A DNA stretch of 21,661 nt, taken from Coraliomargaritaceae bacterium (GTDB lineage: Bacteria; Verrucomicrobiota; Verrucomicrobiia; Opitutales; Coraliomargaritaceae). Each line of letters begins with the position of its first letter. Position 1 is the first letter of the stretch. This document shows positions 1 to 9,315 of this stretch, one piece after another. A program made the position numbers and the translations under genes. The stretch is from the NCBI GenBank assembly GCA_965656495.1, contig CBFHKU010000005.1, positions 49,096 through 70,756 of the forward strand. Direction: 5' to 3'. A model generated the notes under the pieces. That model did not search any database, had not been told where the DNA came from, and worked only from the letters and a program-made list of their open reading frames with translations.

Positions 1-1070
1 AAGGGGGTGACATCAATTTGGAGATCCTGGCAGAGGCCGAGGTAGAAATGGATGGGGCTTTTAACGAGGTTGCCTCGGTAGGCGGGGTGGTGAAAGAGGC
101 GACTTTGAAAGACGGTCTGGATGAGGTATTTGAGGTTGAAGTCGCGGGCGGCCCAGATGTCACCGAGGGCGCGGATATAGTCGGGGTGGGGGAGTTCGTC
201 GTCGGTGAGGTAGAATTTTAGGAGTTCCTGGATGAGGTAGGTACGGGCGGTGGGTTTTTCAAAAGCGAGGTCGATAATATCATCCCCGGTCCAGGGGCCG
301 GTCTTGCCAAAGACGGTCTTGGGGCTGTGGTCGTGGATTTTGTCATAGTAGGCAAATTCGGTGCGTTTTTTAATGCGGTAACCGGTGAAGGCGCGGGCGG
401 CTTCCTTGATGTCATCTTCGGTATAATTCCCCTCACCGAGGATAAAGAGTTCAAATAATTCGCGGGCAAAATTTTCGTTGGGTTTGCGGGCGGAGCTTTG
501 ATGGAGGTCGAGGTAGCGCACCATTGCGGGTTCTCGGCTCACGCGTTTACAGAGGTCGGGGTAATTGAGCTGGATGCCCTCGCGAAGGGTTTGTTCGTAA
601 TTGAAAAGAGTGAAGGGTTCGCGGATTTTTCGTTGTTCAATGACGAAGACATCGTGCAGGAAGGTGACGAATTTTTCCTGAGGGCTGTTGGCTTCATCGC
701 GGGCAAAGCGATACCATTCAACGGCGTATTGCCGAAAGAGGTGGTCGCTCTCGCGGCGGATGTTGCGCTGTGCGATTCGGCGTTCTTCGCGGTCCTTGAG
801 GCGGTTGGCTTCGGTGGAGCGTTCAAAGAATTCCGTTTCAAATTTGCTGAGTTCGGGGCTTTTTGTGTTGGGTTTTACTCTGCCAAAGGCTTGTTCAAGG
901 GTTTTGGAGATCGGGCCATTGAGGGCTTGTTGAACCTTGGTGGGGGTGGCGGAATACCCGATGCGGCGCAGGAGATGGGCGGCGGTCTCGGTGTTCCAGT
1001 GCGTCAGGGGCAGGGGTTTCCAAGCGTCCTTGACCGGTAAGGTTTGTGGGGTAGGTGGCGACTTCATCAT
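1..1070 (-). CDS. DUF1800-family protein, 3' end outside the window
   Basis: Not in the ORF track. Hand translation from ATG 1070 gives MMKSPPTPQTLPVKDAWKPLPLTHWNTETAAHLLRRIGY...PAMVRYLD...KPNENFARELFELFILGEGNYTEDDIKEAARAFTGY, the typical DUF1800 motifs. Confidence 0.9.
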   Translation of the reverse strand, partial: MMKSPPTPQTLPVKDAWKPLPLTHWNTETAAHLLRRIGYSATPTKVQQALNGPISKTLEQAFGRVKPNTKSPELSKFETEFFERSTEANRLKDREERRIAQRNIRRESDHLFRQYAVEWYRFARDEANSPQEKFVTFLHDVFVIEQRKIREPFTLFNYEQTLREGIQLNYPDLCKRVSREPAMVRYLDLHQSSARKPNENFARELFELFILGEGNYTEDDIKEAARAFTGYRIKKRTEFAYYDKIHDHSPKTVFGKTGPWTGDDIIDLAFEKPTARTYLIQELLKFYLTDDELPHPDYIRALGDIWAARDFNLKYLIQTVFQSRLFHHPAYRGNLVKSPIHFYLGLCQDLQIDVTP

Positions 1071-1192
1071 GAGAGAAATGGTTACTTTTATAACAATAGC
1101 TGCGCTTTATGAAAAGTTTCACCCTAAATTAAAGCTTTGTCAGTAGAATTTTACGCTTCCCCTTTTGGGGCGTTTGGATGAGATGTAACGCC

Positions 1193-2425
1193 ATGCCTTG
1201 GTATTTTTACCACGCCTTGAAACAGTTGTTCCCGAGTGGGCGCCGTGTTTCCTTTTTTTCCCTCATGTCGATTCTGGGGGTCACGCTTGGGGTATGCGTT
1301 TTGATCATCGTTCAAAGCGTGATGAACGGCTTCGGGGAAAATATTCGATCCCGCATCGTGCAAACGCAGGGGGATATCCGGATCAAGGGATCGGGTATCA
1401 TTGATGATTGGGAATCCTGGCGGGCTTCGGTGGATGGAAGGGCGATGGTTGTGGGCACCGCACCCTTTGCGGAGGGGGTCATTATGCTGCAGCATGACAA
1501 CCGCCCCATGTTTCCCATGGTGCGCGGGATTGATCCCATGGAGGAGTCGAAGGTGATTCCGATGCAGGGTTTCCTTACGGTGGGATCATTTGATGATTTT
1601 GATGACCGTGGTGTTTTTCTAGGGGAGGGCTTGGCCTACAGTCTGCGGGTGGTGCCGGGATCGACGGTGGAAGTGTTTACGCCGCTGATGTTGCAGGCCT
1701 TGAAGGAAGACGAGGTGCTTTTGCCACGGGAGTTCAAGGTATTGGGTTTCTTCCGGACGGGATCGCCGACGGTGGATGGCAATACGGTCGTTACGACGCT
1801 GCGGGTCATGCAGGAGTTGTATGGTCTCGGCGAGGGGGTGCATGGCTTGGCGGTGCGCTTGAGGCCGGGCGCGGATGCGCAGGTGGTGAGCGCGGAATTG
1901 GAGGCGGAGGTTTTGCCGCCGGGCTTGCAGGCGATTAGCTGGCAGGCGGCGAACGAGGATTTTCTTTTCGTGATCGAGCAGGAGAAACTCGTGATTTCTT
2001 TTATCATAATTTTCATTATTCTGGTGGCCTGTTTCTCGATCGCGGTTGCGCTAATGATGGCGGTCTTGCGGAAGACGCGGGAAATCGGCCTCTTGGTGGC
2101 GATGGGCGCTCCGCCCCGCGAGGTCGCATTGAGCTTTTGCCTGCAGGGTATGGTGATCGGGGTCACCGGCACGGTGCTCGGGGTTGGCTTGGCCTTGCTC
2201 TCACTGCAATATCGAGCGCAAATTTTGGGTTTTTATGCGAGCTTGACCGGCAATGAGATCAATTTCCTCGGGATCTACGACGTGTATCAATTGCCGGTGC
2301 ATTATCTGGCGAGTGATTTTATCGTGGTGACGGTCTTTGCCTTGGTGGTTTCGACTTTGGCGGGCTTGGTGCCCGCGATTCGGGCGGCGCGTTTGCGCCC
2401 GGCGGAGGCTTTGCGCAGTGAATAA
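1193..2425 (+). CDS. lolE: Lipoprotein-releasing ABC transporter permease, LolC/E family
   Basis: [23 protein letters not shown]-terminal helix, [14 protein letters not shown]-terminal [17 protein letters not shown]; adjacent lolD. ATG 1193 preferred over 1178. Confidence 0.9.
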   Translation: MPWYFYHALKQLFPSGRRVSFFSLMSILGVTLGVCVLIIVQSVMNGFGENIRSRIVQTQGDIRIKGSGIIDDWESWRASVDGRAMVVGTAPFAEGVIMLQHDNRPMFPMVRGIDPMEESKVIPMQGFLTVGSFDDFDDRGVFLGEGLAYSLRVVPGSTVEVFTPLMLQALKEDEVLLPREFKVLGFFRTGSPTVDGNTVVTTLRVMQELYGLGEGVHGLAVRLRPGADAQVVSAELEAEVLPPGLQAISWQAANEDFLFVIEQEKLVISFIIIFIILVACFSIAVALMMAVLRKTREIGLLVAMGAPPREVALSFCLQGMVIGVTGTVLGVGLALLSLQYRAQILGFYASLTGNEINFLGIYDVYQLPVHYLASDFIVVTVFALVVSTLAGLVPAIRAARLRPAEALRSE

Positions 2426-2429
2426 TAGA

Positions 2430-3113
2430 ATGATGAAAGATGATGCCTACATACTTGAAGCGCGCGCGCTGGAGAAGTCCTTCCCGGGTGCAGAAAAAGC
2501 AATCCCGGTTTTGCAGCGCGTTGATTTCGCGATTGGAGCGGGTGAGAGTGTTAGCATTCGCGGAGAGTCCGGTTGCGGGAAATCAACGCTTCTGAATATT
2601 CTCTCGGGATTGGAAGCAGCGGATGCGGGGACTTTGATTTGGGGCGGTGAAAATATTATTGGAAAATCCAGTTCTGCTTTGGCGCGCAGACGCGCTGCGA
2701 TGATGGGTTTTGTTTTTCAAGCCTATTACCTCGCGCCGGAATTGAATGCCCTGGAAAATGTCCTGCTGGGTGCTCGGATTGCGGGCAACCTGACGCATGC
2801 CCATCGCACGCGCGCGGAGGCTCTCCTTGAACGGGTCGGGATGGGGGCGCGCATCCATCATCATTCCACCAAGCTTTCCGGTGGAGAACGTCAGCGGGTC
2901 GCGGTGGCGCGAGCCTTGATCAATGACCCACCGCTGATTCTGGCGGACGAACCGACCGGCAACCTCGATGAAGCCACCGGAGAGGCGGTGATGAATCTCT
3001 TGTTGGAGTTGGTTGCGGAAGAGGGAAAAAGTTTGATTTTGGTGACGCATAATCCAGAATATGCAAAGCGTGCCGATCGTGTGTGTACCTTGCATTTGGG
3101 ACAGCTTGAATAG
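2430..3113 (+). CDS. lolD: Lipoprotein-releasing ABC transporter ATPase
   Basis: Walker [45 protein letters not shown]. Start at ATG 2430 or 2433, just after the lolE stop. Confidence 0.92.
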   Translation: MMKDDAYILEARALEKSFPGAEKAIPVLQRVDFAIGAGESVSIRGESGCGKSTLLNILSGLEAADAGTLIWGGENIIGKSSSALARRRAAMMGFVFQAYYLAPELNALENVLLGARIAGNLTHAHRTRAEALLERVGMGARIHHHSTKLSGGERQRVAVARALINDPPLILADEPTGNLDEATGEAVMNLLLELVAEEGKSLILVTHNPEYAKRADRVCTLHLGQLE

Positions 3114-3147
3114 GCGTGTAGGAGATTTAATTGAGCCAATAAAAAGT

Positions 3148-4200
3148 ATGATAAAAACACTTCGGGTAGGATTTATTGGGGCGGGGGCAAATACCCGCAA
3201 AATGCACCTGCCGGGTTTCAAGGCGATTGAGGGTGTTGAATTATGCGCGGTGGCGAATCGTAGCCGCGCCTCTTCGACTGCAGTGGCCGAGGAATTTGGC
3301 ATCGCTTCTGCGGTGGATGATTGGCGCGCGATTATCGCAGATCCGACGATTGACGCTGTTTGTATCGGGACGTGGCCGTATCTGCACGCGGAGGCGTCGA
3401 TTGCCGCTTTAAAAACGGGCAAGCACGTTCTTTGCGAGGCGCGCATGGCGGCTGACCTCATAGAAGCACGCGCGATGCTTGCGGCCTCAAAGGCGAATCC
3501 TCAGCTGGTTGCTCAGGTGGTGCCCGCTCCCTTTTCTCTCAATTATGACTCAAAAATTTGTGAGCTATTGAATGCGGGTGCGATTGGCGACTTGTTGGAA
3601 GTGCGCGTGATGCATGCCAGTGGGTCATTGGCGGACCCTCAGGCCCCCATGACCTGGCGGTCCGATCGCGAGCTTTCCGGCAAGAATATCTTAACGATGG
3701 GAATTTTGTATGAGACGCTTTTGCGTTGGCTGGGAATGGATCCTGAATGGCTCATTGCAGACGGAGCGGTCTTTCAGGATGAACGGTTCTATCCGGGTAT
3801 CGCTGCTGCTTCAAAAGTTGAGATTCCGGACAGCTTGAGCATTATGGGTCGTTTTGCTGAATCTGCGGCGCGTTTCATGTATCATTTTAGCGGGGTGGAG
3901 TCCGGGCCTGCTACCATGGAGTTTTGTTTAAATGGCACAAAGGGGTCGCTGTATTTTGATGCGCTGAATGAGCAGCTTTTCCTGAGGGAGGTGAACCAAA
4001 CCTCGCAGGTTGAAGTTGCGCCGGATCTGTCAGAGGCGGTCGGTTGGCAGGTGGAGTCTGATTTTGTGAATTCCATCCGAACGGGTGCGCCGGTGCGGCT
4101 AACGAGCTTTGAGGCGGGGGTGCGCTATATGACTTTTACCGAAATGGTGCATGATTCGCTCAATGCGGGCGGTGTGCGGGTCGCGATTTCAAGTTACTAG
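3148..4200 (+). CDS. Gfo/Idh/MocA family NAD(P)-dependent oxidoreductase
   Basis: RVGFIGAG Rossmann start, [24 protein letters not shown] (variant of CEKP). Start placed at ATG 3148. Confidence 0.88.
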   Translation: MIKTLRVGFIGAGANTRKMHLPGFKAIEGVELCAVANRSRASSTAVAEEFGIASAVDDWRAIIADPTIDAVCIGTWPYLHAEASIAALKTGKHVLCEARMAADLIEARAMLAASKANPQLVAQVVPAPFSLNYDSKICELLNAGAIGDLLEVRVMHASGSLADPQAPMTWRSDRELSGKNILTMGILYETLLRWLGMDPEWLIADGAVFQDERFYPGIAAASKVEIPDSLSIMGRFAESAARFMYHFSGVESGPATMEFCLNGTKGSLYFDALNEQLFLREVNQTSQVEVAPDLSEAVGWQVESDFVNSIRTGAPVRLTSFEAGVRYMTFTEMVHDSLNAGGVRVAISSY

Positions 4201-4214
4201 CGATTCTTGAGCAC

Positions 4215-4244
4215 AAAAAATCCCGCACTTTTACCGTGCAGGAT
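4215..4244 (-). terminator. Rho-independent terminator of rplU-rpmA
   Basis: Minus strand reads ATCCTGCAC-GGTAAAA-GTGCGGGAT (one G-U pair) running into a T6 tract, 27 nt past the rpmA stop. Confidence 0.8.
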
Positions 4245-4271
4245 CGTGAAGGGAACGGAGCGTTCGCTTGT

Positions 4272-4526
4272 TTAGCTGGCAGCCGCTTCAACAACGTTGA
4301 TTTTGCGGTGGGCTTTGTCAAAAGCGACATTGCCGTCCTTGAGTGCAAAGAGGGTGTGGTCGCGACCCATGCCAACGTTTTGGCCGGGGTGGTAACGCGT
4401 GCCGCGCTGGCGCATGATGATGTTGCCTGCAACAACGGACTCGCCGCCGAATTTCTTCACACCAAGACGCTGTGAGTGACTGTCGCGTCCGTTCTTTGAA
4501 GTTCCTTGTCCTTTTTTATGTGACAT
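4272..4526 (-). CDS. rpmA: 50S ribosomal protein L27
   Basis: [45 protein letters not shown] upstream. Confidence 0.99.
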   Translation of the reverse strand: MSHKKGQGTSKNGRDSHSQRLGVKKFGGESVVAGNIIMRQRGTRYHPGQNVGMGRDHTLFALKDGNVAFDKAHRKINVVEAAAS

Positions 4527-4553
4527 TTTTTAAATCTCCTTAGTTAGAGGGTT

Positions 4554-4868
4554 TTATCCGTTGATGGATTCGATCTTGATTACAGAAAGGTGCTGGCGGT
4601 GACCGCGGCGACGCTTGTAGCCCTGGCGACGCTTCTTCTTGAAGACGGTAATCTTCTTGTCCTTCTTGTTTTCGAGGACCGTCGCTTTGACGCTGGCGCC
4701 CTCAATCAGCGGAGAACCGAAGCGGGTGTCCGCGCCTTCGCCGAGCATGAGGATTTCCTCGATGCTGACGGTGTCGCCGGCATTGGTGTCTGGGTAGGCG
4801 TTAACCTTGAGGATGTCGCCCTCGGAGACGGTGAATTGTCGGCCTTGTGTACGGATTGTCGCTTTCAT
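4554..4868 (-). CDS. rplU: 50S ribosomal protein L21
   Basis: [18 protein letters not shown]...[17 protein letters not shown]; canonical pairing with rpmA. Confidence 0.98.
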   Translation of the reverse strand: MKATIRTQGRQFTVSEGDILKVNAYPDTNAGDTVSIEEILMLGEGADTRFGSPLIEGASVKATVLENKKDKKITVFKKKRRQGYKRRRGHRQHLSVIKIESING

Positions 4869-4995
4869 GGGAAAAGCGTTGTAGAAAAGCATCCCTGCGC
4901 GCGAAATCAAGCAGAAATTCGTTTATTTTATCCGTGAAACAAGAAGGGGGCTTGCCATCGGGGAATCAGGTCTCAATTCTGTCTCAATAAGAAAC

Positions 4996-5490
4996 ATGGT
5001 CAATCCAAACGCCAACCCGGACGAAGTCCACAACACCTTTCGTGAATTCCTGAGCAGCAAGGGTCTGCGGGTCACGAATCAGCGACTTGCAATCTTTGAT
5101 GCGGCGTATCAGCACGAGGATCATTTCACGGCGGAGGAATTACTGGAAGCGGCGCGTGCGATTGATGACACCGTCTCGCGTGCCACCGTTTACCGGGCCT
5201 TGCCGATTTTGACCGAGAGCGGGCTCATTCGCGAGGTCGATGTCGGTCGCGATTACAAATTCTACATGGCAAATAAAAATGCCAACACCTTCAAGGCACA
5301 GGTCATTTGCGTGGAAACCGACAAGATTTTCGAGATCGATGCACCTTTCATGGAATGGTATGGCAAGACCGTGGCGGATAAGCTTGGCATGGAAGTGGTC
5401 AGCCAACGCCTGCAAGTGATGGCGCGTTGCAAGGGCGGGCATGATTCAAAAACCTGCGACAATTGCGACAAGCAGGGAACCTCGTCCTGA
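4996..5490 (+). CDS. Fur-family transcriptional regulator with atypical metal site
   Basis: [11 protein letters not shown]...HFTAEEL...[19 protein letters not shown] winged-helix signature. Confidence 0.88.
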   Translation: MVNPNANPDEVHNTFREFLSSKGLRVTNQRLAIFDAAYQHEDHFTAEELLEAARAIDDTVSRATVYRALPILTESGLIREVDVGRDYKFYMANKNANTFKAQVICVETDKIFEIDAPFMEWYGKTVADKLGMEVVSQRLQVMARCKGGHDSKTCDNCDKQGTSS

Positions 5491-5507
5491 ACGACCGCGC
5501 GCTGGTA

Positions 5508-5870
5508 ATGAAAAAAACCAAATACGCCTTTGAGCTCAGTTTTTTTGCGGATCTCCACAAACGGATGCCCCGCGACGTAAAGGTCGCCACCATTCTCGCG
5601 CAACTCTACACCGAGGCAGGGCAGGTCGACGAAGGCCTCAAGATCGATCGCAAGCTGGTGCGCCTTGTTCCCGATGACGCTTCTGCCCATTATAATTTGG
5701 GCTGCAGTCTCGCGCTGAAGGGTCGCAAGTCTGAAGCCACCCGCGCGATTCGCAACGCCGTAAGTCTCGGCTTTAAAGACTATCACTGGATGCGCAACGA
5801 CCCCGACCTCCAGCAACTCCAGGACTATAAACCCTTCGGGGAATTAATCCATGAATTAGAAGTGGGTTAA
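5508..5870 (+). CDS. Small TPR protein
   Basis: TPR-like helices ([18 protein letters not shown]) and C-terminal [14 protein letters not shown]; lies between fur and priA on the same strand. Confidence 0.8.
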   Translation: MKKTKYAFELSFFADLHKRMPRDVKVATILAQLYTEAGQVDEGLKIDRKLVRLVPDDASAHYNLGCSLALKGRKSEATRAIRNAVSLGFKDYHWMRNDPDLQQLQDYKPFGELIHELEVG

Positions 5871-5901
5871 GCGGTCTCGCTGCCAGTGGCCCTACCTGCA
5901 C

Positions 5902-8187
5902 ATGAGTGACGCGAAACCGAAGCCGAAAACAAAGCCCTCCATCCCGACGATTGTCGAGGTTGTGCCGCTTTCGGGTTTTGACAAAGCCCTCGCTTACGCC
6001 GTGCCACCCGCTGCCCAGTCTCAGATCGCGGTCGGTTCCCTCGTTCGGATCCCCCTCCGGCGCCGCAGCGAACTGGGGGTCGTGCTCCGTACTGGCAGCG
6101 ATCAGGAAATCCCACCGGGTAAACTCAAGATGCTCTACGAGGTCGTGCAGGATTTCCCCGTCCTGACAGTTGAACTCATCGAACTCTTCCACTGGGCGCG
6201 CCATTATTACGCCACCAGTCCCGAGGCGGTCCTCGAGGCCATGATTCCGCCTGCCATTCGTCGCGGGATGCGCCCCAAAACCCGACGCTACCTCGCCCCC
6301 GGAACCGCCCCCGATCCCGAGGCCCTCGCCGCCCTTGAAAAACGCGCCCCCAAACAAGCCGCCCTCCTGCAATTTGTCGCCCAGCAGTTGAAGCCCCAGC
6401 CCCGTGCCGAAATTCTCAAACGTCTCAAAATTAGCGCCTCCGCCTGCGAGGCCCTTGTGAAAAAAGGCTATCTTCTTGAGACCGACACCGAAGAAACCCG
6501 CGATGCCTATGCCGATGATTTGGGCGAGGTTGAAACAGTGGAAGCCACCGAACTGCGGCCCACCTTGACCGCCGAGCAAGCGGTTGCGGTCAAAGCCATT
6601 TCCGGAGCGATTGCGGCGGACCGCTTCAGCGTTCGCCTCCTGCACGGGGTCACCGGTTCCGGAAAGACCGAAGTCTACCTCAATGCCGTCGAGCAAGTCG
6701 TTGCCGAGGGGGGTGGGGTGGTCTTCCTTGTTCCCGAGGTTGCCCTTGCGCCCCAGACCGTCGGTCGCGTGCGCGCACGCCTCGAAGCCCGGGGGGTACG
6801 CACCGTGGTTTGGCACAGTCACCTCTCCGACGGGGAACGCTATGATTCGTGGAAAGCCCTCGTGAGCGGCGAAGCGCACGTCGTGGTGGGCGCGCGCTCC
6901 GCCGTATTTGCCCCGGTGCAAAACCTCAAACTCATGATCGTGGATGAGGAGCACGAACCCTCTTATAAACAGGAAGACAACCCCCGCTACCACGGGCGCG
7001 ACGTGGCGGTCTATCGCGCCCACCTCGCCGGTGCGGTATGCCTCGTCGGTTCCGCCACGCCCTCGCTTGAAACCCTCTACAATGTCGAGCGCGGGAAGTA
7101 TGCCGTCGACCGTCTCCTTAAACGCGTCGATCATTGTGAACTGCCCCGTATTCACCTCGTCGATATGCGCCGCGAAGGACACAGCGGACGCGCCAAGGGT
7201 TCCCCGATCTCCACCCTCCTCGCCGATAAACTCATCGATCGTTTTGAAAAGCGCGAACAAAGCATCCTATTCCTGAACCGGCGCGGGTTCTCCACCAGTC
7301 TTCTTTGTCCCGACTGCGGATATGTCGCGTCCTGCAAACATTGCAGCATCCCCTTGACCTATCACCGCACCGACCATTCCCTGCGTTGCCACCTCTGCGG
7401 GCACGAGGAAAAATCACCCCCCGTTTGTCCCGCGTGTCGTTCCGGGGCGATTCGCTACCGAGGGCAGGGCACCCAGCAGATCGAGTCCATCGTACAAAAA
7501 ATTCTCCCCGCCGCAAAAATCGTGCGCATGGATGCCGACTCCATGGCGAAAAAAAATCTCTACCGAAAAATCCTCAACGATTTCCGCGCCGGGAAAATCG
7601 ACATCCTCGTCGGCACCCAGATGATCGCCAAGGGGCTCGACTTTCCCAACGTCACCCTTGTCGGCCTCATCAATGCCGACATGTCGCTCCATGTGGAGGA
7701 CTTCCGCGCCGCCGAGCGCACCTTTCAACTCATCGTGCAGGTTTCGGGCCGCGCCGGACGCGGGGACCGCGCCGGTGAAGTCATCATCCAGACCAGCACC
7801 CCGCATGCCCCGCCCGTGCAATTTGCCCGCAAGTCCGACTTCGACGGTTTCCAGCTTGAGGAACTCGAACAACGCCGTGAATTCAACTACCCGCCCTTTC
7901 AGCACCTCATTCGCCACCTCTTCCGCGGGCGCAACCCCGAGAAGGTCAACTTCTTCATCGAACAATGGGCCCGCCGCGTCGAGGCCCACTTTGGCGACCG
8001 CCTCACCCTTCGCGGCCCCGCCCCCGCACCCATTGAAAAAATCCGCGACGAATACCGCTTCCAACTCTGGTATTTTGCCCCCAGCGCCCAGGCCATCATT
8101 GACGAACTCACCGCCCTACGCCGCGACTTCAAAATGGATAAAACCGTCATCGACCAACTCGACGTCGACCCCATGCAGATGAGTTGA
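5902..8187 (+). CDS. priA: Primosomal protein N' (replication restart helicase)
   Basis: [34 protein letters not shown], four CxxC pairs, [20 protein letters not shown]. Confidence 0.98.
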   Translation: MSDAKPKPKTKPSIPTIVEVVPLSGFDKALAYAVPPAAQSQIAVGSLVRIPLRRRSELGVVLRTGSDQEIPPGKLKMLYEVVQDFPVLTVELIELFHWARHYYATSPEAVLEAMIPPAIRRGMRPKTRRYLAPGTAPDPEALAALEKRAPKQAALLQFVAQQLKPQPRAEILKRLKISASACEALVKKGYLLETDTEETRDAYADDLGEVETVEATELRPTLTAEQAVAVKAISGAIAADRFSVRLLHGVTGSGKTEVYLNAVEQVVAEGGGVVFLVPEVALAPQTVGRVRARLEARGVRTVVWHSHLSDGERYDSWKALVSGEAHVVVGARSAVFAPVQNLKLMIVDEEHEPSYKQEDNPRYHGRDVAVYRAHLAGAVCLVGSATPSLETLYNVERGKYAVDRLLKRVDHCELPRIHLVDMRREGHSGRAKGSPISTLLADKLIDRFEKREQSILFLNRRGFSTSLLCPDCGYVASCKHCSIPLTYHRTDHSLRCHLCGHEEKSPPVCPACRSGAIRYRGQGTQQIESIVQKILPAAKIVRMDADSMAKKNLYRKILNDFRAGKIDILVGTQMIAKGLDFPNVTLVGLINADMSLHVEDFRAAERTFQLIVQVSGRAGRGDRAGEVIIQTSTPHAPPVQFARKSDFDGFQLEELEQRREFNYPPFQHLIRHLFRGRNPEKVNFFIEQWARRVEAHFGDRLTLRGPAPAPIEKIRDEYRFQLWYFAPSAQAIIDELTALRRDFKMDKTVIDQLDVDPMQMS

Positions 8188-8270
8188 GGGGGTTGTGGTG
8201 TTGCGGGTTGATCGTTGTTTGTTGATGGATTGGCTGAGCCGTGTTCCGCAAGAAATCGAACATTGCTTCA

Positions 8271-8397
8271 GCATAACGCTCAAGGTTGTGCACTGGCTTC
8301 TGTTGGCGTGCCTTAGACTGGGGGTTGAGGGTTGTAGCTACGAAAATTATTCCGACTCGGAGTGGGTAGCCGCTTTTTCAGATCCGCCTTGTTCTCG
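8271..8397 (-). mobile_element. Degenerate long attC-like recombination site
   Basis: Minus strand CGAGAAC-AAGG...GGCT...AGCC...CCTT-GAGC-GTTATGC has AAC/GTT core ends, AAGG/CCTT pairing with a bulge, and overlaps the 3' end of the upstream gene. The inner stem is poorly paired. Confidence 0.55.
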
Positions 8398-8814
8398 ATT
8401 GACGTCTTTGAAGGCAATTGAAAACTCGCCAGAGCCTTGATATCCATCCTGTTGAGGAATTCCGCGAATATATGTAATTACAACAGATTTTGGTGTTATT
8501 TTTTTTAGCGTGTAGCTTGTCCTATCAAACCCGCAGCCCGGCCAGGCGAAACTGTCATTCACCGAAAGAGTTCCGTCAGAGGGTTCGAGTCCCTTGCCAG
8601 CGACAAACTCAAGAGGAAGCGTAGCTTCGGGCTTTGCTTTGATTTGAATTAAGTCCTTTTTTAAGACGAAAGTTAGCTTACTCTGGAGAAGGTACGTAAG
8701 TTTCTTAGCGAACTTATTTTGAGTTGGAATGATTTGCTTGCCTTCTTCGGCAGACACGAAACCGACGAAAAAGAAAAAAATTAAGCAGCAAAGAAATTTC
8801 CCAATGGTTTTCAT
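8347..8814 (-). CDS. Hypothetical exported protein, probable gene cassette ORF
   Basis: Signal peptide MKTIGKFLCCLIFFFFVGFVSA; AT-rich codons unlike flanking genes; tail REQGGSEKAATHSESE is encoded by the attC-like site. Confidence 0.75.
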   Translation of the reverse strand: MKTIGKFLCCLIFFFFVGFVSAEEGKQIIPTQNKFAKKLTYLLQSKLTFVLKKDLIQIKAKPEATLPLEFVAGKGLEPSDGTLSVNDSFAWPGCGFDRTSYTLKKITPKSVVITYIRGIPQQDGYQGSGEFSIAFKDVNREQGGSEKAATHSESE

Positions 8815-8897
8815 TTTGAGTTGTTAGGATATTCTTTGTGGGTTTTCACCCATTGCATTGCTACACCATTGAGAAGATTTAATATTAAATAAATACA

Positions 8898-8987
8898 CTA
8901 AAAAGTAAAATAAAAGCAATCATAAATAACGATACAGGCAAATGATAGCGTTTCGATAAATTTGCGGAGTATCTTGTATGCTACCAT
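8898..8987 (-). pseudogene. Truncated Txe/YoeB-like toxin remnant
   Basis: ATG at 8987 overlaps the antitoxin end (ATGGTAG) and reads MVAYKIL, then AT-rich junk to a stop after 29 aa. Confidence 0.5.
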
Positions 8988-9223
8988 CCCGGTGAATCGT
9001 AACAGTCCTCGACGGCCTCATTCATGCCCGCCTTGATCGAGTCGACCATGCCGGCGATCCTGCTTAGGTGAATGGTTTCCGTTATGGCGTTCCAGTCCTC
9101 TTCTGAAATCAAGACCGCGTTGCCCCGCTTGCCTGTTATTTGAATGGGTACATGCGAGCTGTTCGCCTCATGAATCAGGCTGTACAGTTTGTTCCTCGCA
9201 ACAGTTACACTTACGATGGTCAT
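8981..9223 (-). CDS. yefM: Phd/YefM-family antitoxin
   Basis: VTVARNKLYSLI...PIQITGKRGNAVLISEEDWNAITETIHL...GMVDSIKAG, ending in W. Confidence 0.92.
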   Translation of the reverse strand: MTIVSVTVARNKLYSLIHEANSSHVPIQITGKRGNAVLISEEDWNAITETIHLSRIAGMVDSIKAGMNEAVEDCYDSPGW

Positions 9224-9227
9224 GGCT

Positions 9228-9255
9228 AAAAACGTACCTAATTATGTGCGTTTTT
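9228..9255 (-). promoter_or_regulatory. Putative TA operator palindrome overlapping a -10 box
   Basis: AAAAACGTAC-N8-GTGCGTTTTT inverted repeat (1 mismatch) enclosing CATAAT on the minus strand, 17 nt before the yefM ATG. Confidence 0.6.
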
Positions 9256-9315
9256 CCAAGGGCGGATTTAACCCTCCGTTCCTCTGATCCTCTGAGTTTG
9301 AAATCCGCGCTGGGT

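Noticed and set aside
18..1146. Several small ORFs including 498-1040
   Set aside because: They overlap the real DUF1800 gene.
5773..7260. 495-aa antisense ORF (also 7414-8064)
   Set aside because: Shadow of priA caused by codon bias; no motifs.
8195..8440. 81-aa plus-strand ORF
   Set aside because: Antisense to the attC-like site and cassette gene; no protein features.
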